DNA from: a virus | Taxonomy: Duplodnaviria > Caudoviricetes | Virus record (IMG/VR): IMGVR_UViG_3300035698_023197 | Location: 953 to 64,952 of that record | Strand: one strand, 5' to 3' | Length of the DNA stretch: 64,000 nt | Part shown: piece by piece, positions 37,481 to 48,051 of the stretch | How positions within the stretch are numbered: position 1 is the first letter of the stretch | Layout: each line of letters opens with the position of its first letter | Made by a program: the position numbers and the translations under genes | The notes under the pieces: generated by a model | Seen by the model: the letters and a program-made list of their open reading frames with translations, nothing else | Databases searched by the model: none | Told to the model about the DNA's origin: nothing

Positions 37481-39320
37481 CCTCTTCGGTATCAAAGACG
37501 CCGAAGTCCAACTGGATAACCAAGGTCTAGTCGTCGTGTGCGGCGAGAATGGTTCTGGTAAGTCTTCCATCTTCATGGAAGGCGTCTTTTATACTCTATA
37601 CGGCCAGAGTTTCCTGTACGGCAAATCGCCCGGGGCTTCGGTCGTCAACCGCCACGGCGGGAAAGGGGGATATGGCATCATGACTCTCGAAGTCGACGAG
37701 GTGGAGTACACCATCGTGCGAGCCAGAAACCATAAGCCCTACCGCACGGGCGTCTCCCTGTTTCAGGGGGAGATATCGAGGGACAACGACCTTACGGACG
37801 TCAAAAACCCGCAAGGAGCTATCACGAAGCTTCTGGGATTACCCGCCCGAACCTTCGCCATGTCGGTGATGTTCCCTGCCGAAATCACGCGGTTTCCAAG
37901 TATGGGAGATGGTGAGAGAAAGGCCGTACTCGACGACTTGCTCGAAACCACGGCTCTAGATATGGCTCTGGAGATCACAAAAGGGAAGGTGACACTCCTC
38001 AAGGAGAAAGTCCGACAAACCGATTCCAAGCTTGATTCGGCGCAGACCTTGTTTAATACCTTGCAAAATGAGCTTGTCGAAACCGAGCAGTCTGCCAAAG
38101 GGTGGGCGGGAGAGCATAAAGCCCGGGTTGCTGGGGCTATGGGAGAAGTAAAAGCGCTCAAAGTCGAACTTGTGGACCTCAAAGAGAGTGTCGAGGGAGT
38201 GGAAGCGGCTGCGGCAGAAGACACCGCCCGATATTCTGACCTTCTGGAGCGCTCAAAGCGCGTCGGAGATGCCGTCCGTGACAAGAAAGGGGTCCTCCGC
38301 GAAGATATGAGCAGGTTGGAAACTGAGTACAACGCTCTCGAAAGGGAGCGGAGGGCGGCGGAGAGTCGGAAAAGAAAAGTCGAAGGCCTCATCGCGGCTG
38401 ACAAGTGTCCAACCTGCGGCAACGACACGGACTGCACCCATTTGCACCAAGAAGTCTCGGACGCCGAATCCGAAATCGAAAAAGCCACAAAGGCATCGAC
38501 GGAGACAGCAAAGCATCACAGCGAAGCCTTGGCACATTATCAAGGCGACTTCCAAAAGCAGGTTACAGACGCAGATGATCTAGACATGGAAGCCCGTATG
38601 GCGGGCCGGGATGCGACAGACTCCGCGACTGCTGCGAGTGATGTGACCCGAGAGGTCGACACCATCAAAGCCCGCCTGAAAGCGAAAATCGAAGGAGCTA
38701 AAACGACGGCTCAAGAGACCAACCCACACACTGGTGGTGTCGAACGCCTGAGCGAAAGACTCAAAGAAGCCGAAAAAAACTGTGTTGTCCTGCACAACGC
38801 TTTGGGCGAGTTTGCTGCCGAGTTATCAGATGAGGAAATCCTGCAAAAGGTTTTCGGTCCGAAGGGTGCACGCCTTGCCATGATGGAACGGGCGATCCCG
38901 ATGCTCAACTCAGAAGCTGCCCGAATCGCGGCGGTTATGGGAACGTCAATCAAGGTTCAATTTGCCCTACGGAAGGATGGGGAGGCCTTCGCCGGATCTC
39001 TGCAAGTGGATGTCGACAACCCAGACGGGGCGGCAATTTACAAAGGGCAATCTAGGGGCGAGAAGCGAAGGGCGGACTTACTCATCTTGCTCTCTCTGCT
39101 GCAGTTGGCCATCTCTCGGGGTCGGCGATCTTTCCGGCAGGTATTTTTTGATGAAGCCTTCGAGAGCATAGACGAAGCTGGGGAAGAAGCCGTTATGCAA
39201 GTCATGAGGGATATTTCCAGACACTGTACCAGTGTCTTCACTATCAACCACACTGCCGACCGAATTTCTTCGATGGCCGATAAAGTGTGGACTGTCAAAG
39301 ACGGAACCATAGCAGCATGA
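37449..39320 (+). CDS. Rad50/SbcC/gp46-like recombination ATPase
   Basis: GENGSGKSS, coiled coils with CPTC hook, SRGE signature, FFDE Walker B, H-loop INH. Confidence 0.93.
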   Translation: MVTLKTLKLHNLFGIKDAEVQLDNQGLVVVCGENGSGKSSIFMEGVFYTLYGQSFLYGKSPGASVVNRHGGKGGYGIMTLEVDEVEYTIVRARNHKPYRTGVSLFQGEISRDNDLTDVKNPQGAITKLLGLPARTFAMSVMFPAEITRFPSMGDGERKAVLDDLLETTALDMALEITKGKVTLLKEKVRQTDSKLDSAQTLFNTLQNELVETEQSAKGWAGEHKARVAGAMGEVKALKVELVDLKESVEGVEAAAAEDTARYSDLLERSKRVGDAVRDKKGVLREDMSRLETEYNALERERRAAESRKRKVEGLIAADKCPTCGNDTDCTHLHQEVSDAESEIEKATKASTETAKHHSEALAHYQGDFQKQVTDADDLDMEARMAGRDATDSATAASDVTREVDTIKARLKAKIEGAKTTAQETNPHTGGVERLSERLKEAEKNCVVLHNALGEFAAELSDEEILQKVFGPKGARLAMMERAIPMLNSEAARIAAVMGTSIKVQFALRKDGEAFAGSLQVDVDNPDGAAIYKGQSRGEKRRADLLILLSLLQLAISRGRRSFRQVFFDEAFESIDEAGEEAVMQVMRDISRHCTSVFTINHTADRISSMADKVWTVKDGTIAA

Positions 39321-39910
39321 TACATCACGAAATGCGGAAGCGACTGTACGAAAGGGCCGGAATCTCGCCTATTCAAGACATGACGTTGAAAGATGTCGAA
39401 CATGCGCAATGGTCCCCGGAGTTTGAGCGGCTGATGGATAAGCGGTGGGCGGGCCAATACCACAAGGGAAAAGTGAAATCATGCCCCACATTTATCCGGT
39501 TGATGAAGAATCGACTCACGATGGGTGCACTGCGTTATGGATTATCCGACGATCCGCACAAGAAGCATTACGCTTGCCTCAAGTCAATGAACGAGCGGTT
39601 GTTGATGTGGCGCAAACTCGGAGATAATGAACTCCTCGTGGACGTGGCCAATATGGCTCTTTTGACTTTCGTTGAGGGCGATCACCCAGAAGCCCATATA
39701 CCAAGAGATTTTGCTACCAGGGTCTATTACACGAATTTCTTGATCAGGGCTACGTTCCATAATCCGGGGTCGTACTATACCAACCACGGTGATAAAGGCG
39801 AACTCGTGGATATCGCGTGCAAAGCGATGGGTGTCTTCCTGAAGAATAACCATCCGAAGGCCCACTTTGGGTCGGTTGGCGAGAATAGTCCTAAGGCGAC
39901 TCTTCGGTAG
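39317..39910 (+). CDS. Hypothetical protein, possibly all-alpha NTP pyrophosphatase-like, internally duplicated
   Basis: M.NRL..G..RYG, G..ELLVDVAN.A...F...HP.AH repeated as G..GELVDIA..A...F...HP.AH. Confidence 0.5.
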   Translation: MIHHEMRKRLYERAGISPIQDMTLKDVEHAQWSPEFERLMDKRWAGQYHKGKVKSCPTFIRLMKNRLTMGALRYGLSDDPHKKHYACLKSMNERLLMWRKLGDNELLVDVANMALLTFVEGDHPEAHIPRDFATRVYYTNFLIRATFHNPGSYYTNHGDKGELVDIACKAMGVFLKNNHPKAHFGSVGENSPKATLR

Positions 39911-40064
39911 CCTCTTCCTCTTCCGTTGAAAAGGCAAGGTCTTTCTTTTTGAGCCCACGTCGACGTACCACTCGGTCATCAACGATCTCACCAGATGCGG
40001 TGATGTGTTGGGGTCTGCCCTTGCGGTGGGCGAGGCGTTCAGCCTTCCTCTTGGCACTAGCCAT
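39891..40064 (-). CDS. Small basic protein
   Basis: TAATG-coupled start, MASAKRKAERLAHRKG. Confidence 0.55.
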   Translation of the reverse strand: MASAKRKAERLAHRKGRPQHITASGEIVDDRVVRRRGLKKKDLAFSTEEEEATEESP

Positions 40065-41740
40065 TAGGCGCAATCAGGACACTGACACTTGCCAGAATTA
40101 CCGCAGTCATTGCAAAAACGCTCACTATCATTTTTGCCGTGGCAACTGTAGCACTCGATTTCTCGTGCACCGTTGCAAGATCCGCAGCGCTCTTCGCTAT
40201 CACGAGGACCTCCGGACTCGTTCACCATGAGAGCGCCATTGGCCATCTCTTGTTCGATCACGGAGTCACGGACGATGGCAATACGACCTTCATCATTCTC
40301 GGAGAAAGAGGGATAGTACATTATGACAGCCTCTTCACCGTCTTTGCCGTCCCGTGCTTCTTTCACCATCCCAGGATACTGCTTCTGTAGACCGTCAGGA
40401 AGTTCACGGGGGCGAACAGATTCGAAAAATTCTTCATCGCCTTCATTGCAATCAATGCAAAGTCCAGCCTCGCCACAACTGTCGCATATTGAACGTTCAC
40501 ACCTTTCGCAATGGTCCATCTCGTCTTCGAACCCCTCGTTTCCGCAAGGGCATCCAATAAACTCTCCTTCCAGCATGGCGTTGAACGCATCAGCAGACTC
40601 CCCAAAGTGGAGGTACTCGTCCTCACTCTTTACACCAGCTTTCTTTTTCAGCTGTTGGACGCGCTTGTAAAGCTTGTCGTGCGTCTTGTTGGAAGCGGAC
40701 TGCATCTGCCGATTGAGCTTGCGAAGTAGTTTCAGCGTATCTTCTCGGGATGCTTCTTCTATGTCGTCGTCATCGTCTTCTTCACCGGAGAAGTGGAACA
40801 GGATCTGCTCGATGTCGGTAAGGTACTCGTGTGTGATCTCCTCTTTTTCGATAGACATCTGCAGCCACTCGATGGACCAAATGCCGGTGCCGCGAATCTC
40901 GTCGTTGGATGATCTCGCACGAAAGTGGATGTCGCCGGGACGATTCATCGCCTGTTCGTCGGTGTAGTTACCCTCCCAAGCTTGGAAAATCAGCGTGTCC
41001 CCGGTTTTATTGAATTGGTCCTGATCAGCAGTGATCGTGATACGATCTTTTTGGAGGAATGCCTCCAAGTCTTCGAGATACTCTTTGTCGTTCTCAAATT
41101 CCGGCTCGTCGTGGTGGTCGCCTTTCTCGCCCCAACTCTCGCCGACGGTGTAAGGATCTTCGTCTTCTTCGACGACTTCTTCAGGAACAGTGTAAACGGT
41201 TTTACCTTCGAGGAGCATACCACCAATATAACACGGATTCGACGGTTTGTCAAGTTTCCGTACAATACCAAGCCAGTTCTGCCGCTCTACGCCTTCACCA
41301 TAAACGCCAGGAAGTCCCCGTGTCGTTTCCTTCTCGCTGCCATATGCACTGGGGTTCTCATCTTCTTCCTCATCTCCAAGCGCAACGTCGTCCTTCGGGA
41401 TGCTGGTGATGCGGTTCGGATTTTCCGGGTCCACAACGTCAACTTCGCGACCGTCGCTGCGGACAACCTGAAGCTTTTGGATCTCACCATCAGTGACGCG
41501 AGCGACCTCTTGGCCGGGTTGATGCTCATCGTCTACCCCGTAGGCCTCAGACTGAAGGCCGATGATCGGGTTTGACTCTAGTTGCTTGCGCTTGCGCGAT
41601 TCAACGTAGTAAAAACCGTTGTGGGTGTTGGATACTAGGAAACCAGTACTGACAGCCTCATTGATCTGAGCGTCATTGTATCCGTGAGATAAGAGGCGGG
41701 CACGAGACCACGCTCCGTTGATAGTGATGAGAGGTTTCAT
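40064..41740 (-). CDS. Acidic multidomain protein with C-terminal zinc fingers, putative head core/cargo protein
   Basis: Many [LIV]xE[SAG] motifs; Cys clusters, including DnaJ-like CxxCxG repeats. Confidence 0.7.
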   Translation of the reverse strand: MKPLITINGAWSRARLLSHGYNDAQINEAVSTGFLVSNTHNGFYYVESRKRKQLESNPIIGLQSEAYGVDDEHQPGQEVARVTDGEIQKLQVVRSDGREVDVVDPENPNRITSIPKDDVALGDEEEDENPSAYGSEKETTRGLPGVYGEGVERQNWLGIVRKLDKPSNPCYIGGMLLEGKTVYTVPEEVVEEDEDPYTVGESWGEKGDHHDEPEFENDKEYLEDLEAFLQKDRITITADQDQFNKTGDTLIFQAWEGNYTDEQAMNRPGDIHFRARSSNDEIRGTGIWSIEWLQMSIEKEEITHEYLTDIEQILFHFSGEEDDDDDIEEASREDTLKLLRKLNRQMQSASNKTHDKLYKRVQQLKKKAGVKSEDEYLHFGESADAFNAMLEGEFIGCPCGNEGFEDEMDHCERCERSICDSCGEAGLCIDCNEGDEEFFESVRPRELPDGLQKQYPGMVKEARDGKDGEEAVIMYYPSFSENDEGRIAIVRDSVIEQEMANGALMVNESGGPRDSEERCGSCNGAREIECYSCHGKNDSERFCNDCGNSGKCQCPDCA

Positions 41741-42303
41741 TGTCCTAGACCTAAAGCGTCCGCAACATCTTCCGGATTTTCGGGCTCCGGTGGGTTCATT
41801 TCGTCTTCTTCCTCCTCCTCAGGCTCCTCCTCTGCAGGGGGCTCCTCCGGAGCAGGTTCTTCAACTTCCTCTTCGTCTCCAAAGTCCGTTTCAGCCCCTT
41901 CCGGGTCGATGCGGTTGTGGAGTTCTCTCATACCAGAAATAAGCTTGTCAACGTACGTCCTCAGAGCTTCAGATGCTCCTTCTCGTACGTCTTCCAAGGA
42001 TGATGCCACGCGTTGGGCTTCAGCCCGCACATCATCGTTAGTGATCGATGTGTTGCCAGCGTCAAGTTCGTGTTGCTTCAGGATGCCGAGCATACCCTCA
42101 ACGAACATACGTTCGCTAGACTCCGGGGGGAGTTCCACGAGTTCATCGCGCTCTTGAGTGAAAAACTCAACGGCGGAGATCCAGACCTCGTTGTACGCTT
42201 GAATAGCCTCGCCAGCCTCCTCATGGAGAGGACGACGCGCCTTGTACTTATAGCCGAGAGTGTAATTCTGGCTCTTTTTCCAATAAGCTTCTGAGATGCC
42301 CAT
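41737..42303 (-). CDS. Acidic hypothetical protein
   Basis: MGISEA N-terminus, Glu/Pro-rich tail. Confidence 0.7.
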   Translation of the reverse strand: MGISEAYWKKSQNYTLGYKYKARRPLHEEAGEAIQAYNEVWISAVEFFTQERDELVELPPESSERMFVEGMLGILKQHELDAGNTSITNDDVRAEAQRVASSLEDVREGASEALRTYVDKLISGMRELHNRIDPEGAETDFGDEEEVEEPAPEEPPAEEEPEEEEEDEMNPPEPENPEDVADALGLGQ

Positions 42304-42324
42304 ATGCTTTTGGGGGAACCTAAA

Positions 42325-42591
42325 TTAGGACGTTTCCTGCTCGATCATCTTGATGAGCTTGGATGAATCCTCAATGAGATTGGCTCCGTCTTCCAAGCTG
42401 CGATAGACGAGTCCCAAACGCGTGGTCGGGAAAGCGTACTTGCTTTTTGGAGAAGCGTGGTGCTCGGCGGCTCCAGCAAACTTGTTACCTTTAACAGGTT
42501 TCCACCCAGCCCCAGCAAGTGGGTTCTTGATGGGCTTGGAGTCAAGTGGATTGACGGACGGATGAGCTTCTTTGAGTGATTTCTTGGCCAT
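42325..42591 (-). CDS. Small hypothetical protein (MAKKSLKEAHPSV)
   Basis: TACGTAT upstream. Confidence 0.65.
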   Translation of the reverse strand: MAKKSLKEAHPSVNPLDSKPIKNPLAGAGWKPVKGNKFAGAAEHHASPKSKYAFPTTRLGLVYRSLEDGANLIEDSSKLIKMIEQETS

Positions 42592-42625
42592 GATGGAAAA
42601 AATACGTAGTTCTGAAAAGTAAGAC

Positions 42626-43195
42626 TTAGCTTACCATCTGCGCGGGATAAGCCCGATCAACGGACAGGGTCATGGTAACGAGAGCGTTAGTGCCCTCGTC
42701 ATCGTGATCAAGATCGTCGTAGTCGAGAGTACTTGGAAAAACACCGTCGAGACGCCAGACCCGGTTGCGGAACGACTGAGCGTCTACCGTACCGGGGCAA
42801 GAGGAGTTGGCCATTCCAGGAGGAAGGAGGAAGATGTCAGCCTGACGCTTGTAATCCTTGGCATAACCAATAGCGCCAGTGTCTGGGCACCAGACCTGCT
42901 TGAACCAGCTTGATAGCACCGGGATGACTTGTCTGTCGATGTAGTCGTGATAGACTGCCGTCTGATCCGCGAACGGAGTCACAGAACCAGCGTACTTCAT
43001 TGTCTCGTTGAAGTATTTGATTCCTTGGACGTTAATCGAAGGTGGCGGCACCGTGGCGCTTTTCAGCGAGAGCACCAACGTCTCGGAGTCACCAAGGCCG
43101 TAGATGACGAGAGCGTAGTTACTCTTGCGCTGAGGTTCAAAAGAACCCCCTTGGTGAAGGAGGACGGACCCTGCGAATTCGCTTAGCGTAGTCAT
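42626..43195 (-). CDS. Tail tube protein (gp19-like)
   Basis: FEPQR..N, KYAG, W...V..P.TG..G...DYK, W.L.G.FP; follows the sheath gene. Confidence 0.9.
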   Translation of the reverse strand: MTTLSEFAGSVLLHQGGSFEPQRKSNYALVIYGLGDSETLVLSLKSATVPPPSINVQGIKYFNETMKYAGSVTPFADQTAVYHDYIDRQVIPVLSSWFKQVWCPDTGAIGYAKDYKRQADIFLLPPGMANSSCPGTVDAQSFRNRVWRLDGVFPSTLDYDDLDHDDEGTNALVTMTLSVDRAYPAQMVS

Positions 43196-43229
43196 GTGTT
43201 AATACGTAGTGTGTGGCAGACTGTGAGTC

Positions 43230-45638
43230 TTACTGGGTGTCGACCGCAAGGCCGTTGTTGTCGAGGGCAATGAACTCGTCAACGTTTGCACCAGAGGCGA
43301 GCAACGTGAAGTCGAGGATGATCTTCTCTGCAGATTTCACCGGGATGAGGTAGATCTTGGCGACCATCTCATTGTTGTTCCGGCGACTTGGCGTGTTCGT
43401 GGTTTCGTCGCAAACGACCTTGTACCACTCGAGTGCTCGGCGTCCCTTGAGTCCCTTGAGGAACGGGTCGACGAGGTTGATGAACTGACCCCAAAGAATG
43501 GCGTCATTCTGTTCGAAGACCAGTTTGCGGGAAGCGGTCGAAACGGACTTCTCGATGAAGAACAGGAGACGGCGTACGTTGACCCGGTCCAGTGCGGACG
43601 GGTGGCGTTGCAGTGTACGTTGACCGTAAACCACAATGCCGTCGTTGCTGAATTTCTGGATCGGATTGATCGCGTTACCGTTTCCGGGACCGTAGAAGTA
43701 GTCGACGTCGCCCTGGGTGACCTCGTACTCGACGCCGATAGCGTTGGGGACCTGGCCTCGGATGATACCGGCAGGGGCAAACCAGGTCTCACCAACTTCG
43801 TCGTTGTAGGCGATGATACCAGGCACCACGCTCGATGGTGGCAACCAAAGCTCGCGGCGAGTGTAAGGATCGTACTGCTTCACCCAAGGGTAGTAGAGCG
43901 CGGCCCGGTTGGTAACAAAAGCAGCATGCAACCCGGTGTAGTCGCCTTGGCCGTTGTGCCAGTCGGTGACTTCCTGAGGTGTGAGGCCGAAAGGAGGATC
44001 GAAAATACCAAGGCAATCATTCCGTTCGTCGAGGATGGCGATTTCTTCCACCAACACTCCGGCCAAGGAAATACCCGGCACGGTCAGCATGTTGATATCG
44101 TATCGATCTGAACGGCGGAAGTTTTGCAGTCCCTTGTACTGGCCAGTGATGGCGTTGATGGTGCCGATGTACTCAGCGCTTGAAGGATTGGCTCCGTTGT
44201 ACCCAAGAGGATTTTCGAAGGTAAGAGCAGCGGAAGTGTCGCTATCTTCGATCTTGACCTGAGTTTCCAGCCCCATGATGAGACGTGGGTTATTCGGGAA
44301 TTTGAGGCGATCGTAGGTCGACATCGGCTGTTCACCGCTAGCACCAAGGTACTCAGCGTGCACGTAATTCGAGATCTCGGTAGTCGCGGTGCCAACCACC
44401 TTATCCCAGTAATTGGCGCTCGAAGGATCGTAGGCGATGAGGTTTTCGAACACTTCCACCTGACGGCTCTGATAGAGGACGACGAGGCGTTTGGTGTGAA
44501 CTCCAGAAGCGGCCCAAGTTGAGCCAGTAGCGTCAACGAAAGTACACTTGTAAACGACACCGAAATGATTGCCAGAGTTGTTGTCGATGTAACCAAGTTC
44601 TGCACCTGTAGTGATCACCCCGGCGTAACCGGAAACCACGACGTTGGTAGAATCTGTGACAGTGTCGACGGTGTAGTTTCCATCGTAAGCCGAAGTGCCG
44701 TTGATAGTGACACTGTCGCCAACGTTGAAACCAACAGTAGACCCAACCGTCAAGGAGAGGTCGCCGCTGACGTCAGCAGTAGCAGAAATGGCAGAGGCAG
44801 CAGAATCAAAGTTGACGCCGCGAGTGTCTCCAACTCGGGTACCTTCCACGGTGGAAAGAGCGAGCAGGTCAATCTTGGTGTCTACCGAAGTCTTGCTTGG
44901 TGCCACGCCCTGAAGGGGGACACCATTGGTGCTCTCGATTGGGTCGCCAGTGGCCGGATTGAGGTTCTGGAATTGGCCTCCATCCTCGATCCTGACTTGA
45001 ATACCTTGGCTGGTACCGAAGTTGGCGTGTTCACCAGGGTCTTTGGCGGTAAATTTGACGATACCGTTGACCAGTCCGTTGCGGCGGTTGTAAGCGAAGA
45101 CTTCACCGGGAGTGGCTGCACCAGACTCGGCGGAATGATCCACTTTAGAGTCGCTGGTGTTGGAATCGTCGTACACCGAAAGAAGAGGAATGTTGACGGT
45201 GATGACATTTCCGGTGACGTCCAACGCTTCAGCGTTGGCTGTAGAAGGCTTGCCCGTCTGAGTAAGGCGAACAAAGTCTCCTGCTTGGATTGGGTGACCG
45301 GATGCAACGGTGAAGCTGTAGATGCGACCTTGGACGTCGGCAGCGCCGAGTGACTCAATAGTGGTGACACCGACGTCGTACTCTTTTGCTACCCGAACGT
45401 ACCACAGCTGATTGCCACGGCGGAGGTAGTTGAGTGCGGCGTGAGGACCGTACATGTTGACATCGGGCTCGCCAAACGTTTCGAGGAAACGCTCTGGAGT
45501 GGTGATGAGGGTGGGCTCGTTGAGAGGACCGCGCTTAGCCGCTCCTACCATACCCACAGAGGTCTGGATTAGGGCTGCGACGTAATCGCTAAAATCTCTC
45601 TCAAGAACGTAGACACCGGGAGCAATGAACTGGGGCAT
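43230..45638 (-). CDS. Contractile tail sheath protein (gp18-like)
   Basis: PGVYV.E.DFS, GP...P.LIT, YYPW, WFAPAG..RG, INPI, G.RTL, RVNVRRL, FE.ND. Confidence 0.96.
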   Translation of the reverse strand: MPQFIAPGVYVLERDFSDYVAALIQTSVGMVGAAKRGPLNEPTLITTPERFLETFGEPDVNMYGPHAALNYLRRGNQLWYVRVAKEYDVGVTTIESLGAADVQGRIYSFTVASGHPIQAGDFVRLTQTGKPSTANAEALDVTGNVITVNIPLLSVYDDSNTSDSKVDHSAESGAATPGEVFAYNRRNGLVNGIVKFTAKDPGEHANFGTSQGIQVRIEDGGQFQNLNPATGDPIESTNGVPLQGVAPSKTSVDTKIDLLALSTVEGTRVGDTRGVNFDSAASAISATADVSGDLSLTVGSTVGFNVGDSVTINGTSAYDGNYTVDTVTDSTNVVVSGYAGVITTGAELGYIDNNSGNHFGVVYKCTFVDATGSTWAASGVHTKRLVVLYQSRQVEVFENLIAYDPSSANYWDKVVGTATTEISNYVHAEYLGASGEQPMSTYDRLKFPNNPRLIMGLETQVKIEDSDTSAALTFENPLGYNGANPSSAEYIGTINAITGQYKGLQNFRRSDRYDINMLTVPGISLAGVLVEEIAILDERNDCLGIFDPPFGLTPQEVTDWHNGQGDYTGLHAAFVTNRAALYYPWVKQYDPYTRRELWLPPSSVVPGIIAYNDEVGETWFAPAGIIRGQVPNAIGVEYEVTQGDVDYFYGPGNGNAINPIQKFSNDGIVVYGQRTLQRHPSALDRVNVRRLLFFIEKSVSTASRKLVFEQNDAILWGQFINLVDPFLKGLKGRRALEWYKVVCDETTNTPSRRNNNEMVAKIYLIPVKSAEKIILDFTLLASGANVDEFIALDNNGLAVDTQ

Positions 45639-45711
45639 AACAAATTATGATTTTAGGTAGTTGTGTTGCTTTCTATAACAGAACCAATCAACTTCACGAA
45701 ATACTTAAAAT

Positions 45712-46476
45712 ATGAACAAATCGAAAATCAAAGACTTTGTAGAAAAATGGGAACCGTGCCCTTACCAAGGGTTTAGTTTGTATGTTATTAGTAACCTTGG
45801 TAAAGTGTGCCGCGTTAAAAACAATGTAAGGCTTGCGCCCTTGACGCCGCAAGAGGGTGGAGGGAAAACTGAATGATCTCGACGATATCTCGTTGTCACT
45901 TTATATGGCGTCAAAAAACGGAAAATGTTCAAACTTCATCGTCTTGTGTACGCTGCTTTCAATGGGATGATAACCCCGGAAGACGTTGTAGATCACAAGG
46001 ATCGGAACAAACGCAACAATCATCTTTCCAATATAAGATTAGTAGATAATAGGGGCATACAAAAGAACAATTCATCAGGGTATAGGGGTGTCGCCAAGAA
46101 GAATGGCCTGTGGGGTGCTGTTATTGGTAAACTCAAAAAGACTGTGTATTTGGGTCAATATGGCAACCCTATTGATGCGGCTTTGGCTTATGACTGGGAA
46201 GCTAGAAAACTGTGGGGGAATGAGGCAGCACTGAATTTTCCCGATAAAATCCCAGACAATCATATTGAAAATCCAACCCCCACTTCAAAAGTAACACTCA
46301 GCACAAATTCGACAGGTTATCGTGGTGTAACTTGTCGATATCGGGCCACAATTTATCACGAAGGTAAACAACGCCATTTGGGGTACTTCGACTCCCCCCA
46401 AGAAGCTGCTCTAGCTTATAACGAAGCAGCATTAAGGTTGAAAGGAGATAAAGCCGTATTAAACGACATCGACTAG
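45712..46476 (+). pseudogene. NUMOD4-HNH-AP2-AP2 homing endonuclease with in-frame TGA at 45874
   Basis: E.W.P...Y.ISNLG.V (NUMOD4), HRLV..AF, VDH.DRNK.NN..SN.R, two SG/TGYRGV..LG.F..AA.AY domains; ATG 45712 is in frame with 45925; AT-rich. Confidence 0.85.
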
Positions 46477-46504
46477 ACGGTCGACGGGGATGGAATTAGA
46501 CGGG

Positions 46505-47623
46505 TTAAACCGAAAGGGAAGAGCTCGACGACGCGGAAGATTCAGAACTGGAAGAAACAGACGATAGAGAAGACAAGGACGAGGCCGACGATACTGACGA
46601 CGCCGACGAGGTAGATTGTGAGGATGAAGAGGAGGAGAGGCTGGAAAGAGAACTCAAACTCGAAGAAGATGAACTCAAACTCGAAGAAGATGAACTCACA
46701 CTGGATGAGCTGGAAGAAGAAATGGACGAAGAGGACGAGTTGGAAGAAGACGAATTGGACGAAGAAGACGATGAAGTTACGCTCTCACTAGAGGAAGACG
46801 ATGAGGAATTAGCATCTGCTTCTTGATATTGGCGTCTGTTACCATCGTTGTATAACCACCGTATGTTTGCAGAGGTAAGCGCTGTGCTCCAGAAAGTGCC
46901 TTCATCCACTTTTCCTTTCATGTAGGTTGTCCCGACACGGCCAATGTCTAAAGACGGTGCCACAATTTCTGTACCACCAAAAGTGGCCACACTCTGAAAG
47001 ACTCCATCGACGTATAACTTTAAAAGGTTTCCATCACGAACGCCTACGACAAAGTGCCAGTCGTCATCAGCGTACGCGGCAACCGAAGACGCTTGATACG
47101 ATGGACTTTCCATCCTGAATCTGAATACATCATCGGGTGTCTTCATCAGCGTCCACGCCCTCTGAGATGAGGTCCACTGGGATATGATACCACCAGAAGT
47201 TCCGAGGTTGTGATTGACCCATATACCAACGGTAAAGTCGGCCTGGTGTATTATGTTCGGAAACGATAATCTGTGAAGACGTGCGGTTGATGATACGAGT
47301 TCTGCAACACCGCCAATACCATCTGTAACACTATTAACGGTTCCATCCTTCAGCAGGGGTTGCGCCCCGAAGGCACCAACGTGAGAGTCTACCCATGTAC
47401 TCGGGCTCCCCACATCATCCAAAGCCCACCACGCCTTGAGTTCTACTGTACCAGGACTAATGATAGAAGATAACGAGGATGACGAACTATTACTAGAAGA
47501 ACTGCTACTATATGAACTGCTACTCGAATCTGATGAGGAAGAGGAGGACGAAGAATATACCACACCCGCCTGACCCTCTTGCCAGTGGGCTCCGAGTAAT
47601 GGTCTTACGCGTCGATAACTCAT
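46505..47623 (-). CDS. LamG/concanavalin-like domain protein flanked by poly-Ser tracts
   Basis: FTVGIWV, WHFVVGV.DG..LKLYVDG, IG....KG.VDE..FW..ALT; two long Ser tracts. Confidence 0.85.
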   Translation of the reverse strand: MSYRRVRPLLGAHWQEGQAGVVYSSSSSSSSDSSSSSYSSSSSSNSSSSSLSSIISPGTVELKAWWALDDVGSPSTWVDSHVGAFGAQPLLKDGTVNSVTDGIGGVAELVSSTARLHRLSFPNIIHQADFTVGIWVNHNLGTSGGIISQWTSSQRAWTLMKTPDDVFRFRMESPSYQASSVAAYADDDWHFVVGVRDGNLLKLYVDGVFQSVATFGGTEIVAPSLDIGRVGTTYMKGKVDEGTFWSTALTSANIRWLYNDGNRRQYQEADANSSSSSSSESVTSSSSSSNSSSSNSSSSSISSSSSSSVSSSSSSLSSSSSSLSSLSSLSSSSSSQSTSSASSVSSASSLSSLSSVSSSSESSASSSSSLSV

Positions 47624-48051
47624 CCTCCTATAGTAGCCCCCGGAAAGAGTATGGCAACCTGAATGTTGGCGTCATCCTCTGCTTCAGATTGGGTGAACCC
47701 GGAGCCAGTGACATCCCACTCGAAACTCCAGTCGTCGCTGTTGATACGGGGATAAGTCACGTTGAAAGTAAAGATCCAAGATTTTTCGGGGCTACCATCC
47801 TCAACCAAAATGAAGATACCATCCTCGGTCAGTAGCGGGATGTCATTTTCGCCGTCTAAAGTGACTGGGGCTGCAGCTTTGATAGCTTTTGCCAGTATCT
47901 CACCCGCAATAGTCAATTCGTATGTGTAAACGTCGACTCGCTCTAGTGTTCCGTCCTGAACGAGCGGGAACGAGGAGACGAAGTCACGAATCACTACCGT
48001 ACCATTCTGGTACGCGAGCAAAACGTACGTGTTCTGTTGATCAGTCAGCAT
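47620..48051 (-). CDS. Hypothetical protein, probably virion-associated
   Basis: LLTEDG..ILVED motif; ATGA-coupled to the LamG gene. Confidence 0.6.
   Translation of the reverse strand: MLTDQQNTYVLLAYQNGTVVIRDFVSSFPLVQDGTLERVDVYTYELTIAGEILAKAIKAAAPVTLDGENDIPLLTEDGIFILVEDGSPEKSWIFTFNVTYPRINSDDWSFEWDVTGSGFTQSEAEDDANIQVAILFPGATIGG

Noticed and set aside
45874-45876. Genome-wide stop-codon reassignment
   Set aside because: TGA, TAG and TAA all end conserved genes at expected positions, and core genes are unbroken in the standard code.
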